Shown piece after piece: positions 1-12,103 of a stretch of DNA of 64,000 nucleotides. Both the position numbers and the translations under genes were made by a program. Each line of letters begins with the position of its first letter. Position 1 is the first letter of the stretch. This stretch comes from Leucoraja ocellata. Its lineage: Eukaryota. The stretch is taken from contig JAWMAR010000028.1 of the NCBI GenBank assembly GCA_036785375.1, positions 11,966,001 through 12,030,000 on the forward strand, given 5' to 3'. Under the pieces are notes generated by a model that saw only the letters and a program-made list of their open reading frames with translations, was not told the DNA's origin and did no database searches.

Positions 1-727
1 ACAGGTCAAACCGACAAAAAAAACTTAGTGGCAAATCATTTCTGTGCCAATGATTTATGTATTAAATATCATTTAGAGCGAGTGAATGAGGAGCATTTTA
101 AAAGGTTACATTTACATTATTATTCAGCTTATAATATTGTAAGTGCATTTCTGAATTGCTAAAAAGGAATCATTTATTTTCCAAAGGCTTTTCCATTTTT
201 TCCATACAAATAGTGTCGTTGCTTAGCAGGTTTCTGAAAGAGGTCGACGTGGACCTGTTTTGCATTTGAAATTCTGTCTGTTATCATCATTCATTTAAAA
301 GTATAACAGTGCAATTTTATGGCCTCACAAACAGCTATTATCGTCAATTAAAATGTAAATAAATATAATCTGGATGTCTAAAATAAACTTGTGAGGCACT
401 TTGAATATTTTACTCAATTCAGGTGTTCAGAGAAAAAGTTCCAAATCCCTGGTGAATGTATTTCTTTGCAAGGGTGGCCGAAGAAATGGTGCCTTGAACA
501 ACATGTGGTTGAGCCCATCATCACACCCTGCCAAATATATATGCCGGAATATTGAGTTTGACCCAAGGGAAAAATTACAAAGGTATACATATTCCAAGCG
601 CAACAAACCAGACCATGGCTTTTAAGGTGAAAAGAAACACTGGATTGGGACAACATCTGTAACAGTCCTTCACTAGTCTCAGACACTCCTAAAATAATAG
701 AGGGACCAATTGTTTGAGAAAATTAGA

Positions 728-912
728 TGGCACAGTGGCAAAGTTGTTTGCTGCCTGTGTTTTATTTTGGATGCTCCGGTTTCCTCCCACACACCCCAGA
801 GATGTACTGATTTGTAGGCTAATTGGCTTGGTAAAGTGGGACAGTAATGTATGGGGATCGTGGGTCGGCGCGGACTCGAAGGGCTGAAGGGCCTGTTTCC
901 TGCTGTATCTTT
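728..912 (+). mobile_element. HE1-type V-SINE, degenerate
   Basis: gctccggtttcctcccacac...gggctgaagggcctgtttcc. Confidence 0.7.
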
Positions 913-1448
913 AAGAAGGTCAATGCAATTTTTTTTACAGAGAAAAGCATGCAGTTGATGCGTTCCATTCTTAGCTGAAAGAACAAAAAGACTTTACCTG
1001 AGTGTACCTCCTGACAATGAATTAGGTGGCAATACACCGCTCCACACAGCAGCCAGCACAGGGAATCCCGCGATGATTCTTGACTAGCTTCCCATTGCTG
1101 CATGCAGTCAGGTGGGTAACACACCCACAGGTTGAGCTGGGCCCCGGGTTGTGGGAGGAGGGAGCCGCCGGTGGCGATGGATGCGGGGAGGGGGCCGTAG
1201 GACAGGGGTATTGTCTCCAGCGCCTTCAAGGTCAGGACTCAGAGGCGACCAGGCAAGGAGAGTGACGTCGGTTCACGGGCTGTGCCAGTCGTGGGCAACG
1301 GAGGAGGCCCTACAACAGCCTGGATCAGGGGCACTCCAATACATCCAGCTTTGGACTTTATCTTGTTCTTCTGCAACTTATGGCGACGGGTGCAAGAATT
1401 TCACAGTGTTGTACATGCATGGCAATGAAGAACCATTGAACCATCTTT

Positions 1449-2160
1449 GGTGGACAAAAATGCTGGAGAAACTCAGCGGGTGAGGCAGCATCTATGGCGC
1501 GAAGGAAATAGGCAACGTTTCGAGTCTAAACCCAACCAGATTGATGTGAGGGTGGCGGGGGGGGGGGGGGGGAAGAAAGGAAGAGAAGGAGCCAGTGGGC
1601 TGAGGGAGAGCTAAGAAGGGGAGGAGAAAGCAGGGACTACCTGAAATTAGAGAAGTCAATGTTCATACTACTGGGGTGCAAACTGCCCAAGCGAAATATG
1701 AGGTGCTGCTCCTCCAATTTACAGTGGTCCTCACTCTGGCCATGGAGGAGGCCCAGGACAGAAAGGTCGGATTCGGAATGGGAGGGGGAGTTGAAGTGCT
1801 GAGCCACCGGGAGGTCAGGTTGGTTATTGCGGACCGAGCGGAGGTGTTCGGCGATGTAGAGCAGCTGATATCTAGAGCAGCGGATGCAATAGATGAGGTT
1901 GGAGAAGGTGCAGGTGAACCTCTGCCGCACCTGGAAAGGCTGCTTGGGTCCTTGAATGGAGTCAAGGGGGGAGGTAAAGAGACAAGTGTAGCATTTCCTG
2001 TGGTTGCAAGGGAAAGTGCCCAGAGAGGGGGTGGTTCGGGTGGGAAAGGACAAATTAACCAGGGAGTTCCGGAGGGAGCGGTCTCTGTGGAAAGCAGACA
2101 GGGGAGGAGGTGGGAAGATGTGGCAAGTGATGGGATCACGTTGGAGGTGACGAAAATGTC
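1449..2160 (-). mobile_element. Penelope-like element 3' fragment: GIY-YIG endonuclease C-terminus plus 3'UTR/pLTR
   Basis: ORF 1637..2275 has PCNHRKCYTC...FTCTFSNLIYCIRCS...LLYI...PVAQHFNS...EQHLIFRLGSLHP..MN. This is the PLE CCHH/GIY-YIG signature, with an internal deletion after YI. The ORF continues into a terminus with a degenerate hammerhead core at ~1449-1545. Confidence 0.88.
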
Positions 2161-5100
2161 GGAGTAACTCAGCGGGACAGGCAGCATCTCTGGAGAGAAG
2201 GAATGGGTGACATTTTGTGCCAAGATCATTCAGAAGAAGGAATGGGTCACTTTGCAGTAAGGGCTTAAAATTCAATATGCAGTGGTGTTAGCTCTAATGC
2301 TGACTACTAGCTCGACCTTGCTACCAATGTTTATTTTGATGAAGTCTGAAGAAAGACCCGAAACGTCACCTAGTCCTTTTCACCAGAGATGCTGCCTGAC
2401 ACGCTGAGTTACTAAAGCATTTTGTGTCCACCTTCTTATTTATTTGTGTACAGGGTCACCCAGATCTGTCTAACTTGCATTCAATATTCACGCACCATTG
2501 ACATAACATTCTGCTTTCTTATTCCTCTGACCAGAATGACTGGCCACACAATGTCTCTGCACTGAACTCCATTGCTCTTATTAGACACGCATGGTCACAG
2601 GAGGCCGAATGGCCTCATTCTGTAACATTCATTTTCTACGATTGAATATTCACTTGGTTTCTAAAAAGGGGAAAACTGAATCCCCCTGGTCTTGGAAATA
2701 TAACTGAACTCTGACCAACTTAACTTCCCAATTTACTAGAGTAACTCAGCGGGATCGACCCAAAACGTCCCCCATTCCTTCTCTCCAGAGATGCTGCCCG
2801 TCCCGCTGAGTTACTCCAGCATTTGTGTCTGTCTTTGCTGGCAATTGCTCGGTATGTTGGAATTTGCATTGATTTTTAAATAATTGATGGGCCCTGGGGA
2901 TCGATGGTTGCAGCCAGAGCCATCCACACACACACACACACACCTGTAACATGTTGTCACGTCCACCTGACCACATCAACCTCTGGAACATATTGATCCA
3001 AATATTATTTTGCAAGATCATTATTGAATTATATTTCTCTTGTCTGTGTAAACCGGCCATGTAAACTATAGGCTTCTGTCTTTGCACAAATACGGTTATC
3101 CGGTACTATGGTTATTAATTTACTGTAGTTTTGATTGTGATACATTTATTTGTGCATCATTGTATTTACAGGCCTGTTAAGTCCCTGCAGGTCCAAGACA
3201 ATCATAATTCCATTGCCAGTACAAATGACAATTAAACACTCTCTCCCTTGATTAATTTCAGAAGTGAAGATCAATACTGTCGGTAAATAACATATTTAAT
3301 AAACATAAGGTATTGTGACCCACCCCCATCTCAACATTATTATACATTCCAACCGATTATTTTTTCATAAAGCCGCTGCTTTGGAAAGAGTCTCAATATA
3401 ACATCCTCTAAACTGGGCACGTGTCTCAGTATATCATTAAGCTTCGTTAGATGTTGACAAGTTTATCTCCTGTTCTTATAGCATCTTAAATATGTCACCC
3501 TGGTACGACATGTCACTGGAAGCCACTGCAGGGCGCCCTGTAGCACCTGTCACTGGAGTTGCCACAGATCTTCCCACAGTAGCAGGGATGCAATTGTGCC
3601 TCAGCAACAAGACAGAAAGGACGATATCTGAAGATTAATATTTCGGTACAACTCAGCTCCTCACAACTCCAAAGGCTTTTTATGCTTCAAATACCATAAT
3701 TTCGTACGCCAGTGTATATTTAATCACTCATGCCGACTCAGCATCTGGTAAACTACTGTAGATTTGCCACAAATATTATTTGTCCATTTCCGCTCGTGAT
3801 TTTCCCAAAACAGTCCCGATTTTTTCCATTATTTGCAATTCCCATCAGCTGCCTGCTCTGTCCCTGTGCCCGACTGCAGAGTCCCCTGGAATACTCTAAG
3901 ATAATGAACATCGCATTTACATGGGACAGCCCAGGACACCAGGGCACCCGCCAGCTAGGCATTAATTCATTCTCCATGGGTTATATTTTTTTAAATAGTT
4001 AATCTAAAGCCAGATCTGAACACTTGGCACATGAAAACAGAAAGTGATCTGTCTGCTCACTCCAGTAAGGGTACTGTACAAGTTGTTTGCAAGACCTTTG
4101 ATGAAAATTAGCATCCAAAAATCTTTCACAGTTTGCTCGGGAACACACCCAACATAAAATTATTTTTCCAGGAAATAATGGGACTCCAAGGGGATTTACA
4201 TTTATGGATTAAATGTCAAGAGTGAAAAGCAGCATCTCAATTCATGGCGAGACATTCACAGAGGAGACAGAATCAGAATCTCACCATAACCTGATATTTT
4301 GTTTGTTGTGTGTTAAAAATCCAGACAGTGGATATTAATGATTCCTGAAATATCACACAGGCTTTTCGGAACCACAAATTACCAGCTAATGTTGATCCCA
4401 CCTTGCAAAACTAAAGATCGATTAAAAGGCAGCTCTGTAAGATTGCCGATGTTAACCCTCAGAAAACAATATTGAAGCATCTCCCGTTAAACTGCAGGTA
4501 ATGGGGCAACATTTAATTTAAACATAGGCACACAGATAATGAGGTATTGGTTTCCACTGCAAACAGCAAAGGCCCTGCCCTGGGGCACCTCCTGCAGCTG
4601 ACCTTGCGGGTGAGGAAGGTAAGGACGCCCCCCTCCCCCTCCTAGTTCTTCTCACCGTCCCTTGTCCAGTGTCTGTCGCCGTTGCACAGTGCTGGAGGAA
4701 CTCAGCGGATCAGGCAGTATCTGTGGAGGAGATGGACAGATGATGTTTCTAGTCGGGACCCTACCTCAATCTGATGGAGTAGAGGGGTGACAGTGAGCAG
4801 AGACAGGGATGGGGCAAGAGCTGACAAGTGATGGGTGCATTCAGGTGAGGAGAGGTTGTGTTGTAGTCCCAGCCTTGGTTACTACCTCCACCTATCTCTC
4901 CCCCACTCATCAGTCTATTCCCTCCACAGATGCAAGCTGACCTGCTGAGTTCCTCCTGCTTTTTGTTTTTCCTTCAGAATTTAGCATCTGCAGTCTCAGT
5001 GTTCCCAGTTGCTTACTTCTGCCCCTTTTTACTTTCGGAGATGCCAACTTGTTAGCTCTTGGTCGTGTGTGTGTTGGGGGGGAGGGGAGGGGAGGGGGTC

Positions 5101-5504
5101 AACCTGCTAACTTGCTCTTTAGAACCAGTGAACCTGCAAAGCAACCATTGTAGAATCAGAGCAGTCTTTTGCTTTATAATCTTTGCTATCAGATACATTA
5201 ATCTGACTGAAATGTTCACATGAATTTATCCCAATTTTGGCGAAAATCTGGAGCTGAATTATATTAATCTTCCACGTTCAGCAGTTAAACCCATTTGCAC
5301 ATCATTATCACTTTAACTTTCTGGTAATAAGCACAAGTATCGGGACAGAATGCTCTGCTTTGTCAAAAGCTGCTACCTTATTAAAGTGCCAGCATACTTC
5401 ACAAAGATTGTGCACTCCATTCCAAAGCACCATATGTCTGCATATTATTAGGCAAGAATTTTTTTCGCAAATGTGTCTTCCACATTTAAAACATTACCAC
5501 TTGG

Positions 5505-5770
5505 ACGTTTAAGGTGAGGGGGAAAAGATTTAATTGGAATCTGAGGGGTAACGTATTCACACAAAGGGTGGGGGGGTGTGAAACGAACTGCCAGAGGAGG
5601 TAGTTGAGGCAGGGACGATTGCAACATTTAGACAGGTACGTGGATAGGATAGGTTTAGAGGGATTATGGGCCAAATACAGGTAGGTGGGACTAGTGTAGA
5701 TTGTACATGTTGGCCGGTGTAGGCAAGTTGGGCCAAAGGGACTGTTTCCACACTGCACGGCTCTATGCCG
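5505..5770 (+). mobile_element. CR1 3' end
   Basis: tttaaggtgaggggg...ctgccagaggaggtagttgaggc...gggccaaagggactgtttcc. Confidence 0.75.
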
Positions 5771-5896
5771 CTGGTTGGTGAATACCTAGAGCACAGAGAT
5801 AGAGGAGGCGTTATATTGTATCAGGCTACTGGGGTTTGGTACAGTGGTGCAGTGGTAGAGTTGCTGCCTGACAGTGCCAGAGACACGGGTTCGACC

Positions 5897-6137
5897 CACC
5901 GCTCTTGTGTGTGAAAAAGTTGCTCCCTCAGGTTCCTATTAAATCTTTCCCCTCGCACCTTAAACCCACGTCGCCTGGTTCTTGATTCCCTACTCTGGAT
6001 AAAAGACTCCGTGTATTCACCCTATCTATTCCTCTCATGATCTTCCACACCTCTAGAAGATGACCCCTCATCTTCCTGCACTCCAAGGAATTATGTACTA
6101 GCCTGTTCAACCTTTTCTTGTAGCTCGAGTCCTGGCA
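5897..6137 (-). mobile_element. CR1 fragment
   Basis: SLECRKMRGHLLEVWKIMRGIDRV. Confidence 0.75.
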
Positions 6138-6192
6138 AAAAATGAAATAAAATAAGCAGAAAAGGCAGATTCCAGGGAATGAAATGGAATCT

Positions 6193-6320
6193 GTTGAAGG
6201 AGGGTTCCGACTTGACGTTACCTATTCCTTTCCTCCACAGATGCTACCTGACTCGCTGAGTTATTCCAGCATTTTGTGTCTATCTTCTGTATAACCCAGC
6301 ATCTGCAGTTGCTTCCTACA
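6193..6320 (+). mobile_element. Short Penelope-terminus insertion with ~16-bp TSD
   Basis: gaatgaa(a/g)tggaatct at 6177-6192 and 6321-6336 flanks the ...gatgctacctgactcgctgagttattccagc...catctgcagtt unit. Confidence 0.75.
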
Positions 6321-9300
6321 GAATGAAGTGGAATCTATTTTTCCCTCACACTCAATCTTTTTAAAAAGTTGTCCCCTGATTGATTGGCTTTGCCTCTCTT
6401 ATTCCTCTCAACGTGCTTTTCCAGTAGTGCTTAGCGCAGATGCCAGAGAGAAGGTTATTCTGTCAGGAGGAGAGCTCTCGACAGCCGTCAAATGCCAATA
6501 ATCTGATTCACCAGCTTCTGTCAGAATGTAATGCTTGAAGAGTCATCCATCAATAACTCAAACCGTTACCATCTCACGTTGTAGCGAGATCACCCCATCC
6601 ATCAACCACAGCATCATCCTCATTCTTCAGTCTGAAGAAGAGTCCTGACCCGAAATGTTGCCCGTCCACACCTTCCACAAAGGCTGCCTGTGCCGCTGAG
6701 TTCCTCCAACACTGTGTATCAGTGACGGACCCTGGACAAGGGATGGTCGGAAGAACTGGGGGGGTGGACTTGCCTTCTGCACCAGCTAGGGCAGCTGTGC
6801 GAGGCGCCCCGGGGCGTGAAGGTTGAATGAAGAGATGGACGATGGCTGCAACGGGCCTTTATGTCCAGTGCAGCTGGGACTTTGGTAATGATATCAAAAC
6901 ATGCCGTCTCTTGCATATGGACGCAGTGGGCTGTTTTTATGCGTTATGTACCTAAGATTGTACTTATGTATGGCAATACTCTTAGGGCATTTGGCCCACA
7001 TCCCACTAAACTTGTCCTTTCATAGAAACATAGAAAATAGGTGCAGGAGGAGGCCATTCGGCCCTTCGAGCCAGGACCGCCATTTATTGTGATCATGGCT
7101 GATCACATGTACCTGTCCACATGTTTCATAAACGTTGCGATAGTCCCTGCCTCAACTCCCTCCTCTGTATGCAAAAAAAAATCTCACTCAACCGTGGTAC
7201 ACGTGATAATAAAGGAACCGATGAAGCATTGTTGTGAAAAGTGCAATGGTTGCATTTCATCCAAATGAAAACAGATAAGAATACATGAAGGAATACATCA
7301 GTTGCGAGTTTGTCGGCCACACTCCTGCCTCATGGACATGCGATTGTGAATTCTCGTGCCAGGGTCTTAGAAAATACAACAGTACAGCACAGGAACAGGC
7401 CCTTCGGCCCACAATGTCTGTGCCAGACATGATGCCAAGTTCAACTAATCCCTTCTGCCTGCATGTGATCCACATTCCTCCATGTCACCCCTAATCTGCA
7501 GTTTATCACTGGTCGCTACAGTGGAAACATTAATCATACCCACATTCAGAAGCCCATTGCAGATATCTCAAGAAAATAATGAAGTTTGTATTTTAGAAAA
7601 AAGCTTTGCAGTTTCACTGGAGAGATCATTCCATGAAATCTTTGGCTAATTGTACATACAGTGCAACTGTATGTTGAGTAAATGCTGGAGCTACTTAACG
7701 GATCAGGCAGTCTCTCTGGTGAAATTTAACAGGTAACACCTGTTCCTTTTCTGCAGAGATTCTGCCTGACCCTCTGAGTTGCTCCAGCACTTTGCGTCTA
7801 CCTTCATTATAAAACAGCACTTGCAGTTCCTTCCTGCACATGAAGTTCAAGTCTCTGTTCCGCATTCTATTGATATACAGCCTTATAATTGTCCCCAGGT
7901 GTCTGCTATGGTTCACCTTTGCTGACACATCCAGACTTGAAATATTGTCTGTCCATTCCCTCCACAGTTGCTGCCTGACCTGCTGAGTTATTCAAGCACT
8001 TTGTGTTAGCATCTGCCATTTCTTCACATTCCGGGCTTCAAAGCCTGACCCCAACATACACCAAAACAAACCTAGAAGTGCCAGAATACTTCCCTAGTTG
8101 TTAATGCCAGTGACAACTCTGTCTCTGACAGTGCAAATAATGACACTGAGGTGATCGATCCCAATGTTTAAACACAATGTTATTTACACAAATATCACAA
8201 TCTATATCTACATTTACACTTCATGCTGCCTCGGCAAGGCCACCAGCATAATCAAGGACCAGTCTCACCCCCTCTTCTCCCCTACTTGATTGTAATCACG
8301 TATAGTCTTTCTGCTGACTGGATGGATGCAACAAAATAGCTTTTCACTGTACCTAGAGTAGATGGGGCATCTTGGTTGCCATGGACGAGTTGGGCCGAAG
8401 GGCCTGTTTCTATGCTGTAAGACTTTAATTTTGCAGTGCAATTCACCTTAGCCTTTGCAAATATTGCCCATGTTTTGTGATGAACCTTCCTGATGGGGTT
8501 GAGTGTCTGACAGTACTGTAATGAAGCTCAGCAGAGATGCATTACAACTGTTCTATTATAAAGAAAACAGTGTGTGTGTGTGTGTGAAGATTTCAATGCA
8601 GGATTTAACTTACATAGGTACTACCCAGTTGAGATTCTGGGAAGAACCACGATGGGATTGTAAAACAGTAAGCTTCACAGGCGTTAGTGCTGAAATGTGG
8701 TCTTCTCCCGAGCATCAAAGGAAGCAAACGAGGAGAATCACTCAACGGGAAACCTTCATTTTCTAACACAGATGGATCTGCTTCAGCTTTTTACTAATTT
8801 CAGAAATATGCCCTCTAACACATTAGGATATATCAAACGCATATCTCCCTGCGTTAACTTTGCAGAATCAATCATTTTCAATGTTCTTTGGCCAAATACA
8901 GCTGTGAAAATCACTCCCATCATTGATCTGCATGTGGTCATGCAAATGGTAGTTGCAAGGAACTGGGGGTGCTGGAATCTTGAGCAAAAAGGACAAAGTG
9001 CTGGAGGAACTAAGCGGGTCAGGCGGCATCTATGGAGGACATGGATAGGTGACATTTCAGGTCAGGACCCTTCTTCAGGCTCCGTCTGAAGTTCATCCAG
9101 AACTTTGTGTTTTTGACCCATGAAAGTAGCATTGATTTCCCTGATTAAAACCAGTTAGCCAATTCACATTAGTTGGAGTTATTGGACCAGTGAAATTATT
9201 TAACTGCAACATGGTATTACTTTTAGACTAACACTGGCAAAATGGAGACACAAAGAACTGCAGATACTGTAAACTTGAGCACAATATAAAGTGCTTGAAG

Positions 9301-10027
9301 AACTCAGCGGGTCAGGCAGAGTCTGTGGTGCAAATGCAGTGATAAACTAGAGACAAGGAACTGCAGATGCTGTCTTACAAAAACCCCCACAAAATACTGG
9401 AGTAACTCAGTGGGTCAGGCAGCATCTCCGGAGAATATGGATAGATGATGTTTTTGGTCAGGATGGTCTGAAGAATGAACCCAACCCGAAACATCACTTA
9501 ACCATGTTCTCCAGGGATGCTGCCTGACCCACTGTGTCTTTTCTTGACATCCATTTATAAGTCCAACTACACAAGGTCAGTAGGACACAGGTAATTGTTT
9601 GAATACAGGAGAGCAACAGGAACTCAATTGTTCCCACAGCAAGCACTGATTCTTCAAAGATGCTCGAGTCTGTTGCCAATAGTTGTACCAACTCAACTCC
9701 TCTGTCACACGCATTCATTTCTCTCCCCCCCCCCCCCCCCCCGTCAGAAAATCCTGAAGATAAATCTTCAACAAAACATTCCAATTATGGAATGAGCTGC
9801 CCGACAGATAAATGGATGGAAGGCTTTATAAGGCTATGGGCCAAATGCAAACAAATGGGACTAGTGCATATGCCATCTTGGTTGGCATGGACAAGATGGG
9901 TTGAAGGGCATGTTTCTATACAGTGCAACTCTACGACACCAGGAATTTAGTACCATATACTAGAGACACAATTTCTCCCATACACAACTGATTCTATTAA
10001 GTGCTTAAGAGATCACAGAGATTGTCT

Positions 10028-10290
10028 GTGGTAGAATTGCTGCCTCACAGCGCCAGAGACCCAGGTTCAATCCTGAGTACGGATGCTGTCGTTCTCCCTG
10101 AGACCGCATGGGTTTTCTCAGTGTTCCGGTTTTCTCACACACTCCAAAAATGTGCATGTTTGTCGGTCAATTGGCCTTTGTAAATTGTCTGTCGAATGTA
10201 GGATAGATGTAGTGTATGGGGTGATAGTTGATTGGCTCAATTGAATAGTTGAAGGGCCTGTTTCCATGCTGTATCTCAAAAATAAACTAA
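10028..10290 (+). mobile_element. HE1-type V-SINE
   Basis: tgctgcctcacagcgccagagacccaggttcaatcc...gaagggcctgtttccatgctgtatctc. Confidence 0.75.
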
Positions 10291-10727
10291 GACAATGAAC
10301 AATACTTGTGCTTGATAATTACCCATGGAAAAATTGGGTCCATGTTAAATCCATTTTAGAAGCATCAAGCATTCCCTTAGTAGAATGCATCATCTCTATC
10401 GATTCCATAGTGAATGGCACCTTGTTTCTGGCTGCTAATTCCATTTCATTTGTTGGCAATTTTCATGGATCAGCTTTAACTTGAATCTTACTTCATCAGG
10501 ATCCATCTTCTGTTCATGCTTTTGGTAGGGAGCAACAAAGCTGGGTTTAATCTGCCTCTATGCTCAATGATCAATTTACATACACCACCATAGAAAAATA
10601 ATTCTCCAGGAATTATCCCCTTTTGCTGTTGCAAACTTCCACCCCATGACTCCCCACTACCTGGAACCTGTCTTGAAATGACAATTTATAATCACCTCAT
10701 GAACATTGTCCAACTTTGGCCAAGGCC

Positions 10728-10955
10728 GGCAGTGGTAGAGTTGCTGTCTTACTGTGCCAGAGACCTGGGTTCAATCCTACGGGTGCTGTCTGTGCACAGT
10801 TTGTACGTTCTCAATGTGACCACGTGGGTTTTCACCGGGTGCTCTGGTTTTCTACCTAGCCACCTACCTGGCTTTGGTAAAATAGTGTATATGGGGAGAT
10901 CGCTGGTTGGCGGGGACTCAGCGGGCCTGTTTCCGTACTGCCTCTAAACCTTAAA
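10728..10955 (+). mobile_element. HE1-type V-SINE
   Basis: Head and V-domain match, with deletions. Confidence 0.75.
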
Positions 10956-11009
10956 CCTCACCTCGTGTTGCCAACACCAATCCATTCCTGCAAACAAGAA
11001 ACTGCAAAT

Positions 11010-11360
11010 TCTTCTTTAAAAATATACAAAGTGCTGGAGTAACTCGGTGGATGAGGCAGCATCTCTGGAGAAAATGGATATGTGACATTATGGATTTGCA
11101 CCCTTCTTCAGACTGTGTGTGTATGTGTGTGGGGGGGGGGGGAGGGGGGAGGAGAGGGTTGGAGATGAAAGCTGGAAAAATGAAGAGGCAGGGCCAAGCA
11201 TGGAAGATAATAGATCGACAGCAGAGGCTGCGGGGTTGCCAGGCAGATGGTTGGAGGAAAGGCCAGAGAGAAGGCAAGACAGGTTTGAAGAGTTGCCAAT
11301 TGAAAAGCTAGAGGGAGGAAAAGTAAGGGGGGGGGGGGGGGGGTTAGTAGGAAGTTACCC
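11010..11360 (-). mobile_element. Penelope 3'UTR/pLTR fragment
   Basis: Terminus motif followed by a purine-rich tract ending gggttagtaggaagttacc, the same layout as 1449-1640. Confidence 0.6.
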
Positions 11361-11957
11361 ACATTTTATTGCTTCTCATTTGGTAGTTGAGACTTCTGCT
11401 GCAGGTCCTAAGCTGCATATTTCCCCTATATAAATAAAACCCCTTGAAACTACCCATTGGAACTAGCTTTTTGAGGTCTATCCTAAAGCTTTTCATATTT
11501 TATGTAGTATCAGATGTTATTTGATCATGTGCCTGCTAAGTGCCTTGGGACGTATTTCTTACATTAAATGCATGTTGTTACTCTGCAAGTGCATTGTTCT
11601 GTGAAACATTCCTCCACTGAAAAGTTTAAAGAAATAATTGCATACAACACCTCTTCACAGCTTGAGAATTTCCCGAGGAGCCTCAGCATCAGTGTGATGT
11701 AGTCACAAGAGTAATTTACAGAACATGGGAACAAAATTGCAAGGACACCAAATGGTGTAGACTGGAGAATAAATGTGCACCAAGAGACCCCCCTGCTTTT
11801 CAGCAACAGAACATCAGTTGATGTTCATGTCTAAAGGAGAACATAAAAGCCTCAGTTGAACACCTCAACAAACACACTACCTCCTGATGGTGCACCATGG
11901 CCTTTGTTGTGCTCTGAGCCAATCTGAGTTTTTGTAGTCATGTTAGTGTCCTTTAAC

Positions 11958-12103
11958 GGCCAAGATCCTTCTTCAGACATCTTGACCTGAAACGTCACCC
12001 ATTCCTTATTTCCAGAGATGCTGCCTGTCCCGTTGAGTTACTCCAGCATTTTGTGTCTATCTTTGTTTTAAACCAGCATCTGCAATTACTTCCTACACAC
12101 TCT
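11958..12103 (+). mobile_element. Short Penelope-terminus insertion with 12-bp TSD
   Basis: gtgtcctttaac at 11946-11957 and 12104-12115. Contains gaaacgtcaccc...gatgctgcctgtcccgttgagttactccagc. Confidence 0.8.

Noticed and set aside
1663-2229. 163-188 aa ORFs overlapping the PLE
   Set aside because: Alternative frames and antisense of the GIY-YIG ORF, with no independent signature.
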